NCBI GenBank assembly: GCA_000002445.1
Contig: CM000208.1
Span: 3,296,001 to 3,360,000, forward strand
Direction of reading: 5' to 3'
Length of the DNA: 64,000 nucleotides
Source: Trypanosoma brucei
Lineage: Eukaryota
Shown one piece after another: positions 33,967-44,836 of this stretch. Each line of letters opens with the position of its first letter. Position 1 is the stretch's first letter. Position numbers and translations under genes: made by a program. The notes beneath the pieces are model-generated. The model saw nothing but the letters and a program-made list of their open reading frames with translations, was not told the origin of the DNA and searched no databases.

Positions 33967-35736
33967 TCAGCACCAGTACCTCACCACGCCATCACTCCCA
34001 CCACTTACTATAAAGGCGTTGGATGACCAATCAAATACGGCGCATTGCACACCATCTTCATGACCAACGAGCTCCGTAACGGTGGACTTTGTTACATCAA
34101 TGAGTTTAATATTTGTGTCATCGCTTGAGACAAGCAGGTACGTACCATTGCGGTCAGATGCTATATGATTGGCTGGATATGGACCGCACGCAACCGTAAG
34201 GTGCTGTTCCATGCGACGGGTGTCCCATAGCATCACAACACCATCTGCGTCACAGGTCGCCACATTGGTGGTTGGACCTACTGTAGTTACCGACTGCACT
34301 GCGTTCCGATGTCCGTATAGTGTTTGTGAGCAGCAGTTCGCCCGTACGTCCCAAAGAGACACTGTTTTGTCGCCGCTTACAGTGCAAAGAGTGTTGGTGT
34401 ACTGCCTCCAGGCCACACCATTCACAGCATCAACATGCCCACGAAGCGTTTGCCGGCACTTGCCAGTGGTAACATCCCAAACGCGAGCGGTTTGATCAAG
34501 TGAACCACTGGCCAGGAGAAGACCCGTCTCTTGAAAGTCCAGACACCACACACCATCACAATGAGCCTTCAAAGTTAACCTGCAGCCATTTTTGGCGAAA
34601 TCCCACAACTTCACCGTTTTATCGCCGGATGCTGTGGCAACCATGGTCCCAGTGGGGTGCATAACGACGGATGACACCCAACTTTTGTGACCGTCACCTG
34701 ACATCACAAGTTCGCCTTGCGGGAGCGCCGAAAGCCGCCAGGTTCCGTCATCACTAGAAGTGACGACAGCCGGCTTCTCCGGGTGCATGGCTATCTTTGT
34801 AACAGGCATGGAATGTGCCTTAAATGAGGACTGACATATCCACGATGACGGCTCAGTCGGGGCAAGGAAAGCGCCAGAAGCATTGGCGGGCCGCCGTCTT
34901 TCGTCCGGTGGCCATCGGAAGGTGTCAGCCGCGGCATCACCGGCTCTCGTCGCCGACTTGCCCCCCTTTGTGCCCGATTTTGTACCGTCTACCTTAGCCA
35001 CTTGCTTATCCCTTTGTCTTGGACTGGGTTCCTTGGTGCGGGTTGTTTCGTGCAACTTTAACTGTTGCTCCAAGGATTCTACCTGCTTCTCCAGCTTCAG
35101 AACCTTGGCCTCTAGTTTATCCCTCTCTATTGAAAGCATTGTCTTACCCTTGTGAAGCGCCTCGCATTTCTGGCGAAGTTCATTGAGTGTTGGATTAAGG
35201 TCTTCAGCATGGCTTTGCGCCTGGCGGAGGAGCTTTAACAGTTTATTCTTTTCTTGCACCACACGGTTATGGTTGGCTCGATGAAAGTCACGTTCTTTCT
35301 TTGACTGAAGAAACTGCTTTGTGGTTTTCGTGGTTAACTCCGCATGTTGGCGGAGCTGATTCTCCAAAACGTCGATTCGATTGTGGAGTGCGGCAGTTTC
35401 GAGATAGTTGTCCGCGAATACCGGTGCGTCTTTCAGAGGCTTGGACCCATATTTCTCGTACCACTCAATTTCAAATATGTCCATGGTTCGGTGCATTCCA
35501 TTCCGAAGAAAAAAATTTCGAAGAAAATCATCTGATGACTCGGGGACCCGCTTAAGAACGGCTCGGGGTGGTGGTGGCATTCCACGCTCGCGGTTCTTTT
35601 GCACCACTCGCTGAAATGAGTCATAGTCCATGTCATCAACCTTTGCATATGCCTCACCACATGCGGTCGCCTCCCCCCGAGTCCACTCGTCGTCGAGCGT
35701 CACGGTGCCCGTGGAAACCTCGCCGACCTGCGCCAT
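33967..35736 (-). CDS. PF20: PF20/SPAG16 central-pair apparatus WD-repeat protein
   Basis: ATG confirmed. DFLRNFFLRNGMHRTMDIFEIEWYE and KERDFHRANHNRVVQEKNKLLKLL match the human SPAG16 N-terminal region (DFLCNFLIKMGMTRTLDCFQSEWYE; KERDFHRMHHKRIVQEKNKLI), compared from memory. Coiled-coil middle region. Seven WD40 repeats at the C-terminus. Confidence 0.9.
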   Translation of the reverse strand: MAQVGEVSTGTVTLDDEWTRGEATACGEAYAKVDDMDYDSFQRVVQKNRERGMPPPPRAVLKRVPESSDDFLRNFFLRNGMHRTMDIFEIEWYEKYGSKPLKDAPVFADNYLETAALHNRIDVLENQLRQHAELTTKTTKQFLQSKKERDFHRANHNRVVQEKNKLLKLLRQAQSHAEDLNPTLNELRQKCEALHKGKTMLSIERDKLEAKVLKLEKQVESLEQQLKLHETTRTKEPSPRQRDKQVAKVDGTKSGTKGGKSATRAGDAAADTFRWPPDERRRPANASGAFLAPTEPSSWICQSSFKAHSMPVTKIAMHPEKPAVVTSSDDGTWRLSALPQGELVMSGDGHKSWVSSVVMHPTGTMVATASGDKTVKLWDFAKNGCRLTLKAHCDGVWCLDFQETGLLLASGSLDQTARVWDVTTGKCRQTLRGHVDAVNGVAWRQYTNTLCTVSGDKTVSLWDVRANCCSQTLYGHRNAVQSVTTVGPTTNVATCDADGVVMLWDTRRMEQHLTVACGPYPANHIASDRNGTYLLVSSDDTNIKLIDVTKSTVTELVGHEDGVQCAVFDWSSNAFIVSGGSDGVVRYWC

Positions 35737-36047
35737 GTAAACGTGACAAAAGACGTGAACCCCCGGGCGGCACTAATTCTACTAAACCTCAGGTAACTTT
35801 TACACTAGTGAAGGAAACACCGTGAGAAAAAATAACTGCTATGTTACAACCATCAACAAATACACGTAAACCCACAAATATGTGTGTGCATATACATAAA
35901 TATCTTCAGGTTCTGGAGCAGTTGTATTAAGCTATGCTTTAAATCCTGGAACAAAGTAAAATATTACGAACTAAAAGCTGTGGAGTAAGTAAGGAAGCAG
36001 CAAAAATGTATAGTCCCTCAACAAAAGGGAAAGTAAGCTGACCAAAC

Positions 36048-36941
36048 CTACTTTCCCTTACTGAGGCATACGGGCAGCTTCCAGTCTATGGGAGAAAGCT
36101 TCTTTTCTACGAGAGCTGTGTTGCATTTTGAAAAGGGACGAGATCCCCACCACTTGGCGGCACTTAGAGGGGAAGGGTGAGCGCATTCTATGACCACGTG
36201 GCGTTTTCGATCTATCAACGAAATTTTTCGTTTGGCAAAACCTCCCCAAAGCAAAAACACAAGCGGATTTTTGTGTTTCTCCGAAAGCAGGCGAATGACG
36301 TCATCGGTAAAGGTCTGCCAACCACATGTGGCGTGAGAGTTAGCCTTGTGTATTTCTACAGTAAGTGTCGCATTAAGCATCAACACCCCCTGTTCCGCCC
36401 AATGTTGTAAGTACCCGTGCTGCGGCGCCACAAAGCCTGGAATATCAGTTGCCAATTCTTTGTACATGTTGATTAAGCTCGGCGGCGGTGGCACTCCAGG
36501 AAGAACGGAGAAGCACAACCCGTGTGCTTGACCAACATTGTGGTAGGGGTCCTGCCCAAGCAGCACGACCTTCAGCATGTCAAGTGGCGTGCTGTTGAAG
36601 GCCGAGAAAATCATTTCACGTGGGGGGAGTATCGTTTTTCCTGCATTCAATTCCCCCTCCAAGAACTTCTCTATGCGTTCAAAGTTGCTGGAAGTAGTAA
36701 GTGGCTTGAGAAAAGCCTCCCATCCAGGATCAACAATAAGGGAAGCGAGGGCACCGTTATTCTCTTTCGCCACCCTCGCCCTGGTCAAGTTGCTTGCACC
36801 ACCGTTCGCTACTTGATCCTCTGCGGTCCGCTTCCGCGAAGAAGCCGAGGGTTGCCCGGATTCCGTCTTGCTGCCCACTTCCTCTGTGGTTGCATTGTCA
36901 CCTTTCTTAGAGACGAAGTCAAACAGTGTCCGTTGCACCAT
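36048..36941 (-). CDS. UNG: uracil-DNA glycosylase
   Basis: ATG confirmed. UNG family motifs VVLLGQDPYH (water-activating loop), GVLMLNATLTV and HPSPLSA (Leu-intercalation loop), with an N-terminal low-complexity extension. Confidence 0.9.
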   Translation of the reverse strand: MVQRTLFDFVSKKGDNATTEEVGSKTESGQPSASSRKRTAEDQVANGGASNLTRARVAKENNGALASLIVDPGWEAFLKPLTTSSNFERIEKFLEGELNAGKTILPPREMIFSAFNSTPLDMLKVVLLGQDPYHNVGQAHGLCFSVLPGVPPPPSLINMYKELATDIPGFVAPQHGYLQHWAEQGVLMLNATLTVEIHKANSHATCGWQTFTDDVIRLLSEKHKNPLVFLLWGGFAKRKISLIDRKRHVVIECAHPSPLSAAKWWGSRPFSKCNTALVEKKLSPIDWKLPVCLSKGK

Positions 36942-37445
36942 TGGTGGGCTTCACTACCTTGCAAGAGGGGAAAAAGCTAGTCCCTCTGATTACTCTTCGA
37001 CACAGGAAGGGGAAAAGAGCACCATCCACTGGCATCCGGTGGCTAAAGGGTCTCAGAGTCCAAGCGGGTAAGCGAACAAGAGGTTATAAATGAAGGTTCC
37101 ATCCGCCAAAAAGATCGTACACACGCTGAGCTCACACACCCAGCAATGGCTCGGCAGTACTAGCGTTTCTTGCTGCCCAATTTCCCAAGGCTCCGAGAGT
37201 GCTGCTCGTGGAGCGCCGTTGTTGCGTTGAAGACGGTATGCAAGAGTGACATGATCACACCTGCAGCTGCTGGACCTCCCCTGCCCCCTGCAGTTGCAGG
37301 TGCGACAAAACACATACTCATCGCCCCCATAACCTCATAGGGGAGGAAAAGGGAGGGAAAGATAATAACAAGAACAATCCAGGAGAATCCAGTGCGTTAT
37401 AATGTTAAACCACTCTCATCATGAGAGATTGCAAGCTTTGGCTCC

Positions 37446-38072
37446 CTACGATGGTCCGAGACTTAGGTGTAGTCTACCCTCCTGTTCATTCCAATGTTGA
37501 ATGATGTAGCCGTATGCTGAAAGCAATATAGTGATTAATTCGTCAATCGTAGTCAACACCTTTCCCTGGTAGCGCACCTCTTGCGAGCCCTCGACGGGCT
37601 CCAACGCAGGGAGCTGAGGTTCGATGATAACTCCGCTATTAGTGTTGCCAGCAGAGTGCCAACGCACAAAAACAGCCTGTGGAAGAGTGCGCCGGAACAC
37701 ACAGCGCTGATATTCAAAGCACCCCAATATGGCCTCTTCCATCTCTGGTAGCTGATAGTACCGGACGTCATCGAGCAGTTGGTCCCACTCATCAAACCCC
37801 TCTGGTAAGTTAAGGGTGCCGGACCGAAGGAAGTTCAAAACATAGCGGAATGTCAACCCATCGCGATCAATAATGAATGAACCGTCCTCACCTTGTCTCC
37901 CCGTACCACTGAACATTGGACCGAATAACTGGTGGTCACGGAGCTTGCGAAAGGTTTCACGTCGAGTTAGGTACAAGACCCCACCAACGTTAAGTGACAA
38001 CTGCTGTGCCATCTCACCCGTAACATCTAGTCCCAAGTTTTGCTGTATCCAACTCATGGCGATCATCGACAT
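37446..38072 (-). CDS. BTB/POZ (K+ channel tetramerisation T1-type, KCTD-like) domain protein
   Basis: ATG confirmed. VLYLTRRETFRKLRDHQLFGPMF...DGSFIIDRDGLTFRYVLNFLRSGTLNLPEGFDEWDQLLDDVRYYQL matches the T1/BTB fold signature. Confidence 0.7.
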   Translation of the reverse strand: MSMIAMSWIQQNLGLDVTGEMAQQLSLNVGGVLYLTRRETFRKLRDHQLFGPMFSGTGRQGEDGSFIIDRDGLTFRYVLNFLRSGTLNLPEGFDEWDQLLDDVRYYQLPEMEEAILGCFEYQRCVFRRTLPQAVFVRWHSAGNTNSGVIIEPQLPALEPVEGSQEVRYQGKVLTTIDELITILLSAYGYIIQHWNEQEGRLHLSLGPS

Positions 38073-38408
38073 TCAGCTGACTTGCGCCGACACCTGGCAA
38101 TGCCCTGCACGCAGGCTTCCTAGAAACAATAACTCAAAAAGGATACTTGGTTGATGATGTTATTTTGTCGGAAGAGCTATATTTTTCAAAGCGGGGGAGA
38201 AAAGTAGTTATTCTCGGCACGCGTCAATGCATTCTAAGAGAGAAAACAACCCCACATTACTAACGAAACATGTGCATCAGAACACTAACATAAAACGCTA
38301 CCGCACCGTGACACGACACAAGACAAGGTGGCCCCTGTAACTAAACATAGACCGATATGACCCCGATACCGGGCATTCACGCAACTACGAGTCGCAGCAA
38401 CGTGAAAC

Positions 38409-39494
38409 CTAAAAGCGCCAGCGGCGCTGACGGTACTTTTGCTCGGACCATACGTGAATCAGGGCGGCATACGCAGCCGTTATTTCCTCCCTCTCCAATG
38501 CAGGTAGTCGTTGCAACACCTCACACGCTAGCCTCTCCTTTCCACTTTGATCAAGCACCGACAGCAATGTTGCGTACGTTACTACATTGGGTTGGGGTGG
38601 TTGCAATTTAGGGATTTCAGCGTCCTCTTGCGATTCATCAACTGCCACAGGGGTTCCCACTTCTGTCAATGCCTCACAAACTGGTGCTGAGGACGGCAAG
38701 GTCGCTAACTGCAAAGAGTTCATATCGAGTTTTTGCAGAGGATTGGGACCCATCAACCGGACAACAGCAAGGGCCCCTTCCCAGTCTAGTGCCTTTTCGC
38801 ACGCAGACAGGCATGCATTATACGCCTCCACCGGCTGCTCCTCAAGCGGAATACGATCCCGAATAAACTGAATTGCGCGTTGCCAACCGTAGTGCCCATC
38901 CACTACGTCGTCGCGCCTAGTATTTGCCAGCAACGCCACCGCATCGGTTAGTACCTTCGGTGTGTGGCCTCGAAAAATCTCTCCCAGCTGCTCCACCAGG
39001 TGCCACTGCCCCGCCCTAGCGCATGTTTCAAGAAGAACAGTAATGTGAGCCACGTTAGCGGTCACACCCGTACCTTTATCGCCACTACAAGTGGAGGGGT
39101 CATTTTGTTGCAAGCTGAGGAATACAGTCCCTTGTTCATCCAACTGGCTTACCTTTAGGATTCTAGTTACATCGCTAAAAGATTTCAATGCATCTTCCCA
39201 TGCACGCATACGCTTTGCGACCTGTAAATAGGCAAGAAGATCCTGGCCATTGCGAATGAGGTTGTTTGATTGATGAATGGACGGACGACCAGCTGCAACG
39301 GCCTCATCCCGTTTTTCAAGGAGCGAAAACAGCGATGATACATCGTCGCCACCGTGTGCTGTTTTACCTACACCAAACTTCGGTGATACCCCTAAGGATT
39401 CACCGCTCGATGCACCGCCGGCTAACTTTGTTCCAATTCGGCGTGGGAGCCGCATGGACCGCGCAAGGACCTGTTCAAGAGTAAGAGGTGGCAT
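38409..39494 (-). CDS. pentatricopeptide-repeat (PPR) protein, probably mitochondrial
   Basis: Repeated ~35-aa helical hairpins (AYNACLSACEKALDWEGALAVVRLM; TYATLLSVLDQSGKERLACEVLQRL; HITVLLETCARAGQWHLVEQLGEI). The track start at 39503 is GTG; ATG at 39492-39494. Confidence 0.65.
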   Translation of the reverse strand: MPPLTLEQVLARSMRLPRRIGTKLAGGASSGESLGVSPKFGVGKTAHGGDDVSSLFSLLEKRDEAVAAGRPSIHQSNNLIRNGQDLLAYLQVAKRMRAWEDALKSFSDVTRILKVSQLDEQGTVFLSLQQNDPSTCSGDKGTGVTANVAHITVLLETCARAGQWHLVEQLGEIFRGHTPKVLTDAVALLANTRRDDVVDGHYGWQRAIQFIRDRIPLEEQPVEAYNACLSACEKALDWEGALAVVRLMGPNPLQKLDMNSLQLATLPSSAPVCEALTEVGTPVAVDESQEDAEIPKLQPPQPNVVTYATLLSVLDQSGKERLACEVLQRLPALEREEITAAYAALIHVWSEQKYRQRRWRF

Positions 39495-40053
39495 ATTTGA
39501 CACGGAAAGGTCACGAATACCACAGCCAACTTCACCCCACTTTCCCCCTATTCACTGCAAAGGAACACAGTCACTGTTCTGGCCACCATTTACATTTGTT
39601 TACGGCAAATGAGCGGAGGAGAGTTGCACATGCAAATACGGTCAGAGAATTAAATGCAAAGCAAAATGGGTAAGAATGAAGTTAGCGACCAAAAGCCTCT
39701 GAAGGGCTCCCCCCTGCGGGTGTGCAGAACAAAAACAGTCGTAGACACAGGTGGAAAGTTTAACGCACAAAACTCCCCATCACGAGGCAGTTGCAGATCA
39801 AACTCGTTTGCTTACTATATTAAGCAGGGAAACCACTGCGTGTCACCATTACGTCACGTCGGTCCTACGCCGCGGTTACGTGCTGAAGCATGAAACGTTC
39901 CTCTTAGATGACCAGAAGGAACGAGCAACGAACGTCGTCCTCGTTGGCAGCAGGTTCCTCAAACCTCCCGCTTTAAAAAAAAAAATGAGCAGAAAAAATA
40001 CTGGTCCAGAAGCCGACGGCCCCGACCTGCAGTACAAATGCAGGGCAACATCT

Positions 40054-40064
40054 CCCCCCCCCCC
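40054..40064. repeat. C11 homopolymer (G11 on the transcribed strand)
   Basis: Read directly in the sequence, in the 2.6 kb spacer between the PPR gene and aconitase. Confidence 0.85.
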
Positions 40065-40152
40065 GTAGCCCGAGTGGAAACAAACGCAGCGCCCAACAAA
40101 TGCAAGCGGCGCTGGTCACTTCGGAGGTTGTTCACGTGGCGGTATATTACGT

Positions 40153-40168
40153 AAAAAAAAAAAAAAAA
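40153..40168. repeat. A16 homopolymer (U16 in the minus-strand transcript)
   Basis: Read directly in the sequence; same spacer. Confidence 0.85.
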
Positions 40169-40309
40169 CACTCGTTTTCCATTTACGAATCGCACCCCGC
40201 TGGTCCCGCACCAACAGTTCTCTCACGCATTCGCTTCACCGGGCAAGCGCGTGCCACATGAGGCACTTCCGGCATGATGGCAAGCAATTCACATGTTAGA
40301 TTAGTCCGA

Positions 40310-40339
40310 AATATATATATATATATGTGTGTGTGTGTA
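40310..40339. repeat. compound (AT)8(TG)7 microsatellite
   Basis: atatatatatatatatgtgtgtgtgtgtat, read directly in the sequence. Confidence 0.85.
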
Positions 40340-42142
40340 TGTTCACACCGAAATGATGAAATGTCAGCGTCCACACATTTGCAGCCTAAACTTAATATTT
40401 TTATTGGTAGAGAAAGAAAAGAACAAGCCTGTAGTACAAAGTTATCATCAAAGCCATGGGTGGTCCACTAAATGAAGTCGGCACTGCACACTCTGGTAAC
40501 GCTCCCCTCTTTTGGAATTGGCTCAGAGAAGGTAAAAAACAAAACAATAATAACAATATTAATAACAATAACAAATGAAGAAAATGGAAAATGGAAAAAA
40601 AAAAAGACACACATCTGCTATACACACTCGTAGGTAAGCGGTACGCTAGACGTGGGAACAGAAAATAAAACCCAAAAAGGGAAGCGAACGATGCGCTCCC
40701 CACATGAAATAAAAACAAATAGCGCCTGAGGTTGAAGAAGGGAAAGGTTAGTCCCGGATAGCGGCATACGAAACAGTGTCGTGACTCTGGTGGTGTGGTA
40801 CCCACGAAACCGAACTTAGAGAAAAAAAAGCTTGCCGCTCTCTTGTCTGTATCCCCTTCCCCTTAAGGTGCCGGAATTACACTCCTCATCATTCCCCCTC
40901 CCCCGCCGTTTCCACCAGCATTTTTATGCTTTCGCATGCAGCCACGTGGAGAGGAGGTAGATAAACCAAGCGACTTCCAAGCACATGTAAGTTCCTTCAA
41001 AAAGAAAGAATAGAAATGAATCCGGTATCAACAACGGCAGTGAGAGGATGCGATACTGATAACTGACCGATAAGTAAAAACGCGGCTACGCACAACACAA
41101 GTAGTTGTGGAGTTAAGTTCACATGGAGAGGATGAAGGGGCCACCAATGGGGCACCACCGTCCACACAAACATACACACGCACGCACTTTTATACCCGCA
41201 GGTTCCATCCCGCAGTAACAAACAAAGGAAAAAAAAAAGGAAGTACTCCACACTCCTCATCACACATAGTTCCCTCTACCTTATGCCGTTTTTTTTTTTT
41301 GCACTCCCCTCTTTTGCCTTCCTCACATGGAAATCAAACAAATACTAAAATAAAATAGGATGCACTAATATGCATCTTTCCCAATATCATAATTTTAAGA
41401 CCTTGCATTACGTCTTTTCACACCTCCCTTCCTTTTGCCCTGCTCTCAGGCGTGTATGAGTGAAGTTAATAAATAAGTAAATAAGCGAATTAGCACCTAT
41501 GCGGCGTAAATGAATGCAAAAGCGCTTCAAATTGGACAAAATACCCGACCTTCACATGTTTAGCGGAAGCTAAAAGTCATCCAACCACTCCCTCTCTACC
41601 CCTCTCCTGGCTCTTTTTTTTTTTGTTCGTTGCCCGCTAAAAGTTTGCTTTTTCGGGGGAGGGGGCGAGGGGTGTTGCGACCGATCCAGAGCCTTCCATT
41701 GTTTTACGCATCGTCCACGTTCACCGACAAAGGTTTTTGTCACCATTAATATCCATAGATCCCCTTTTCCCGTTTTGCTTCCTCAAAAAATAAATAAATA
41801 AATAACAATAACAATAACGTTCTGATCTCGTTAAGCCGTCGCCATAATAGCGTCGTCGAACCTCGTTTTTACCTCTTTTTTTTTTTTTGCATCCTCTTCA
41901 ACCCTCGTTGGAACAAATGTGCGGCATGGCACCAAGTCAGCTGGCCAAAGGGGAGACAGTTAAACGGCGCTTCTACCTCGTCTCACGATGTGGCGGTAGT
42001 AGCCGCCCCACACACCCAACCATGTACCAAATATGTAGTTAGCAATAACGATGAATACGGAAGCGGTAAACAAAGATATCCCTTGCTACGCCCCTCACTA
42101 ATTCACAGGCTTATTCTCTGAGGAACAGGTTTCGGTGTTCCG

Positions 42143-44836
42143 CTACAAATTACCCTTGATTTTCTCGCGGAGCACATACTGCAGGATGCCGCCGTGTTCC
42201 ACATACTTTACCTCCATCTCTGTGTCAATGCGGAGGATAGCACTGAAGGAAGAGCCGTCATCTTTCTGGACAGTCACTTCCTGTCCGGGATGTATGCCGC
42301 CGGAGAAATCAAAGTTGAAGCGCTCCCTCCCAGTGAGTCCAAGTGACTCCACACTTTCACCTTGACGGAACTGCAGGGGCACAATCCCCATCCCAACGAG
42401 GTTGGAGCGGTGGATGCGTTCAAAGCTCTCGGCAATTACAACCTTTACACCCTGCAAAAATGGGCCTTTCGCCGCCCAGTCGCGGGAAGAGCCACTCCCA
42501 TATTCCTTTCCGGCGAGAATAACAAGAGGTGTATTCTCCTCTGCGTATCTCATGGCGGCATCGAATATGTAAACCTTCTCATTGGTCGGCCAATGAATGG
42601 TGAAGGGACCCGTTTGCCCCTCACCAACGATGCGGTTACCAAGTCGGGTGTTGGCAAATGTTCCACGAACCATTACCATGTCATTTCCGCGACGCGCGCC
42701 GTAGGTGTTGAAGTCTTTCCTTGCTACCCCAAGCCCTTGCAGAAATTGGGCGGCCGGTGAATCCTTGGCGATATTTCCGGCCGGAGAAATATGGTCTGTG
42801 GTTATGGAGTCGCCGAACACTGCCAAGCACGCGGCATTCTTAAATACCACGTTTGGTGTGACCTCCATGGTCATTTTCTCGAAGTACGGTGGTTTGTGGA
42901 TATATGTGGATTCCTGCCATTCATACTGGGTACCCCCTTTCACCTTCAAACCGTTCCACTGTTCGTTAAGTGTTGTGATCGATTTATAAACAGTTTTGAA
43001 AAGGTCCGGCGTGACATGTTCCCGCACCACAGCAGAAACTTCGTCGTTCGTGGGCCAAATGTCCCGAAGATACACATCGTTGGCAATCGGCTCGGTCGCA
43101 AAATCGATGTTAACTCGCCCAGCCAGGGCATACGCAACAACAAGAGGAGGCGAAGCCAGGTAGTTTGCAGCCGTTTGGGGATGAATTCGTGCCTCAAAGT
43201 TACGATTACCCGATAGCACAGCAGCCGCGACAAAGTTATTATCGTTAATGCACTTCGATACGGCGGGATCAACATCACCCGCATTCCCGATGCATGTCAT
43301 GCAGCCGTACCCCGTTGTATGAAAACGCAATTCGTCAAGAAAACTTTGCAGCCCAGAGTTTTCAAGATACTTGGTAACGACATGCGACCCCGGGGAAAGA
43401 GAGGTTTTAACACCTGCTGGGACTTTTAACCCCTTTTCGACGGCCTTTTTTGCCAATAATCCTGCTGCAATAAGAACATTCGGATTCGAGGTGTTTGTAC
43501 AGGAAGTAATAGCAGCAATGACGACACTTCCGTGGCGCATAACCGCTTCTTTCCCGTCAACCGTGTATTTTACCTCCTTCTTGTGTTCCCCATCGGGAAT
43601 GCCAAACCCCTTGAAGCCCGTCTTGGCGCCAAGGCACGCTTCGAAGTCTTGCTTCATATTCCTCAATAAGATGTGATCATGTGGACGTTTGGGCCCGGCA
43701 AGTGATGGTTCCACTGTAGAAAGGTCCAGCTCAATATTCTGCGAATACGAAATTTTTTCGTCACCTGTACGGAACATTTTCGTGGCTTTGGTATACTTCT
43801 CAATACGTGCAAGGTGCTCTGCATCTCGGCCCGTGCAACGGAGGTAGTTGAGTGTTTCTTGGTCAATTGGGAAGAAACCCGTGGTGGCCCCGTACTCTGG
43901 TGCCATGTTCGCTAGTGTTGCGCGATCAGGCAGTGAAAGAGTATCGACGCCGGGTCCATAAAATTCAACGAATTTCCCCACAACACCCAGCTTCCGTAGG
44001 TTCCTCACAACTGTCAGCACCAGGTCGGTAGCTGTGCAACCCTCCGAGAGTTTACCAGTAAATCTGTAGCCCACCACCTCCGGAAGCACCATAGAGAGCG
44101 ACTGCCCCAACATGCCCGCTTCCGCCTCAATACCACCGACGCCCCAGCCGATTACACCAACACCATTAACCATTGTCGTGTGCGAATCAGTCCCTACAAC
44201 GGAATCAGGATACAAAACTCCGTCGTTATTGAATACAACTCGGGCAAGATACTCAAGGTTCACTTGGTGAACGATCCCAGATCCCGGAGGGACAATTAAC
44301 AGATTGTGAAATGCCTCAGACCCCCACTTAAGGAATTCGAACCGCTCCCGATTGCGCTGCATTTCAATGTCCTGATTAAGCTTTGCTGCTTCCGGAGTCC
44401 CATAGCTGTCCACCTGAACAGAGTGGTCAACCACAAGTTCCACCGGAATCTGGGGATTGATCTTGTCAACATCACCTCCCAAACGCTTCGTTGCATCACG
44501 CATGGCGGCCAAATCCACAACGCAGGGAACGCCAGTGAAGTCCTGGAGCACCACGCGCGCTGGTTTGAAGGGGATTTCAATACTCTTGTGGCAGTTCTCG
44601 CTCCAACTCAGTATATTTTCAACTGCTTTCGATGTGATATCGAACTCATCACAATTTCGGACGGCTGATTCAAGGAGGACGCGAATCGAAAAGGGTAAAC
44701 CATCATATCTGGGGTCAATTTCGTGTAGTTTGAAGTACTGTGCCTGACCTCCGTCCACGCTCAGGGTAGCGATGTATTTTAGAAATGGGTTGTTTGACGG
44801 CAAGGAGGCCTTCAGTAACTTCATCGTGCTGAGCAT
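42143..44836 (-). CDS. ACO: aconitase (aconitate hydratase, cytosolic/mitochondrial dual-localised in T. brucei), 897 aa
   Basis: Full-length aconitase/IRP family member, including the Fe-S cluster cysteines ([10 protein letters not shown]; CIGNAGD), domain 4 [12 protein letters not shown], and [19 protein letters not shown]. The track start at 44842 is TTG; ATG at 44834-44836 ([18 protein letters not shown]). Confidence 0.95.
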   Translation of the reverse strand: MLSTMKLLKASLPSNNPFLKYIATLSVDGGQAQYFKLHEIDPRYDGLPFSIRVLLESAVRNCDEFDITSKAVENILSWSENCHKSIEIPFKPARVVLQDFTGVPCVVDLAAMRDATKRLGGDVDKINPQIPVELVVDHSVQVDSYGTPEAAKLNQDIEMQRNRERFEFLKWGSEAFHNLLIVPPGSGIVHQVNLEYLARVVFNNDGVLYPDSVVGTDSHTTMVNGVGVIGWGVGGIEAEAGMLGQSLSMVLPEVVGYRFTGKLSEGCTATDLVLTVVRNLRKLGVVGKFVEFYGPGVDTLSLPDRATLANMAPEYGATTGFFPIDQETLNYLRCTGRDAEHLARIEKYTKATKMFRTGDEKISYSQNIELDLSTVEPSLAGPKRPHDHILLRNMKQDFEACLGAKTGFKGFGIPDGEHKKEVKYTVDGKEAVMRHGSVVIAAITSCTNTSNPNVLIAAGLLAKKAVEKGLKVPAGVKTSLSPGSHVVTKYLENSGLQSFLDELRFHTTGYGCMTCIGNAGDVDPAVSKCINDNNFVAAAVLSGNRNFEARIHPQTAANYLASPPLVVAYALAGRVNIDFATEPIANDVYLRDIWPTNDEVSAVVREHVTPDLFKTVYKSITTLNEQWNGLKVKGGTQYEWQESTYIHKPPYFEKMTMEVTPNVVFKNAACLAVFGDSITTDHISPAGNIAKDSPAAQFLQGLGVARKDFNTYGARRGNDMVMVRGTFANTRLGNRIVGEGQTGPFTIHWPTNEKVYIFDAAMRYAEENTPLVILAGKEYGSGSSRDWAAKGPFLQGVKVVIAESFERIHRSNLVGMGIVPLQFRQGESVESLGLTGRERFNFDFSGGIHPGQEVTVQKDDGSSFSAILRIDTEMEVKYVEHGGILQYVLREKIKGNL

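Noticed and set aside
40401-40805. Minus ORF of 134 aa (and similar ones at 3169-3456 and 10778-11194) in spacers
   Set aside because: Extreme low-complexity (poly-F/L/Y) translations of AT/GA-rich repeats with no ATG context. Not protein-like.
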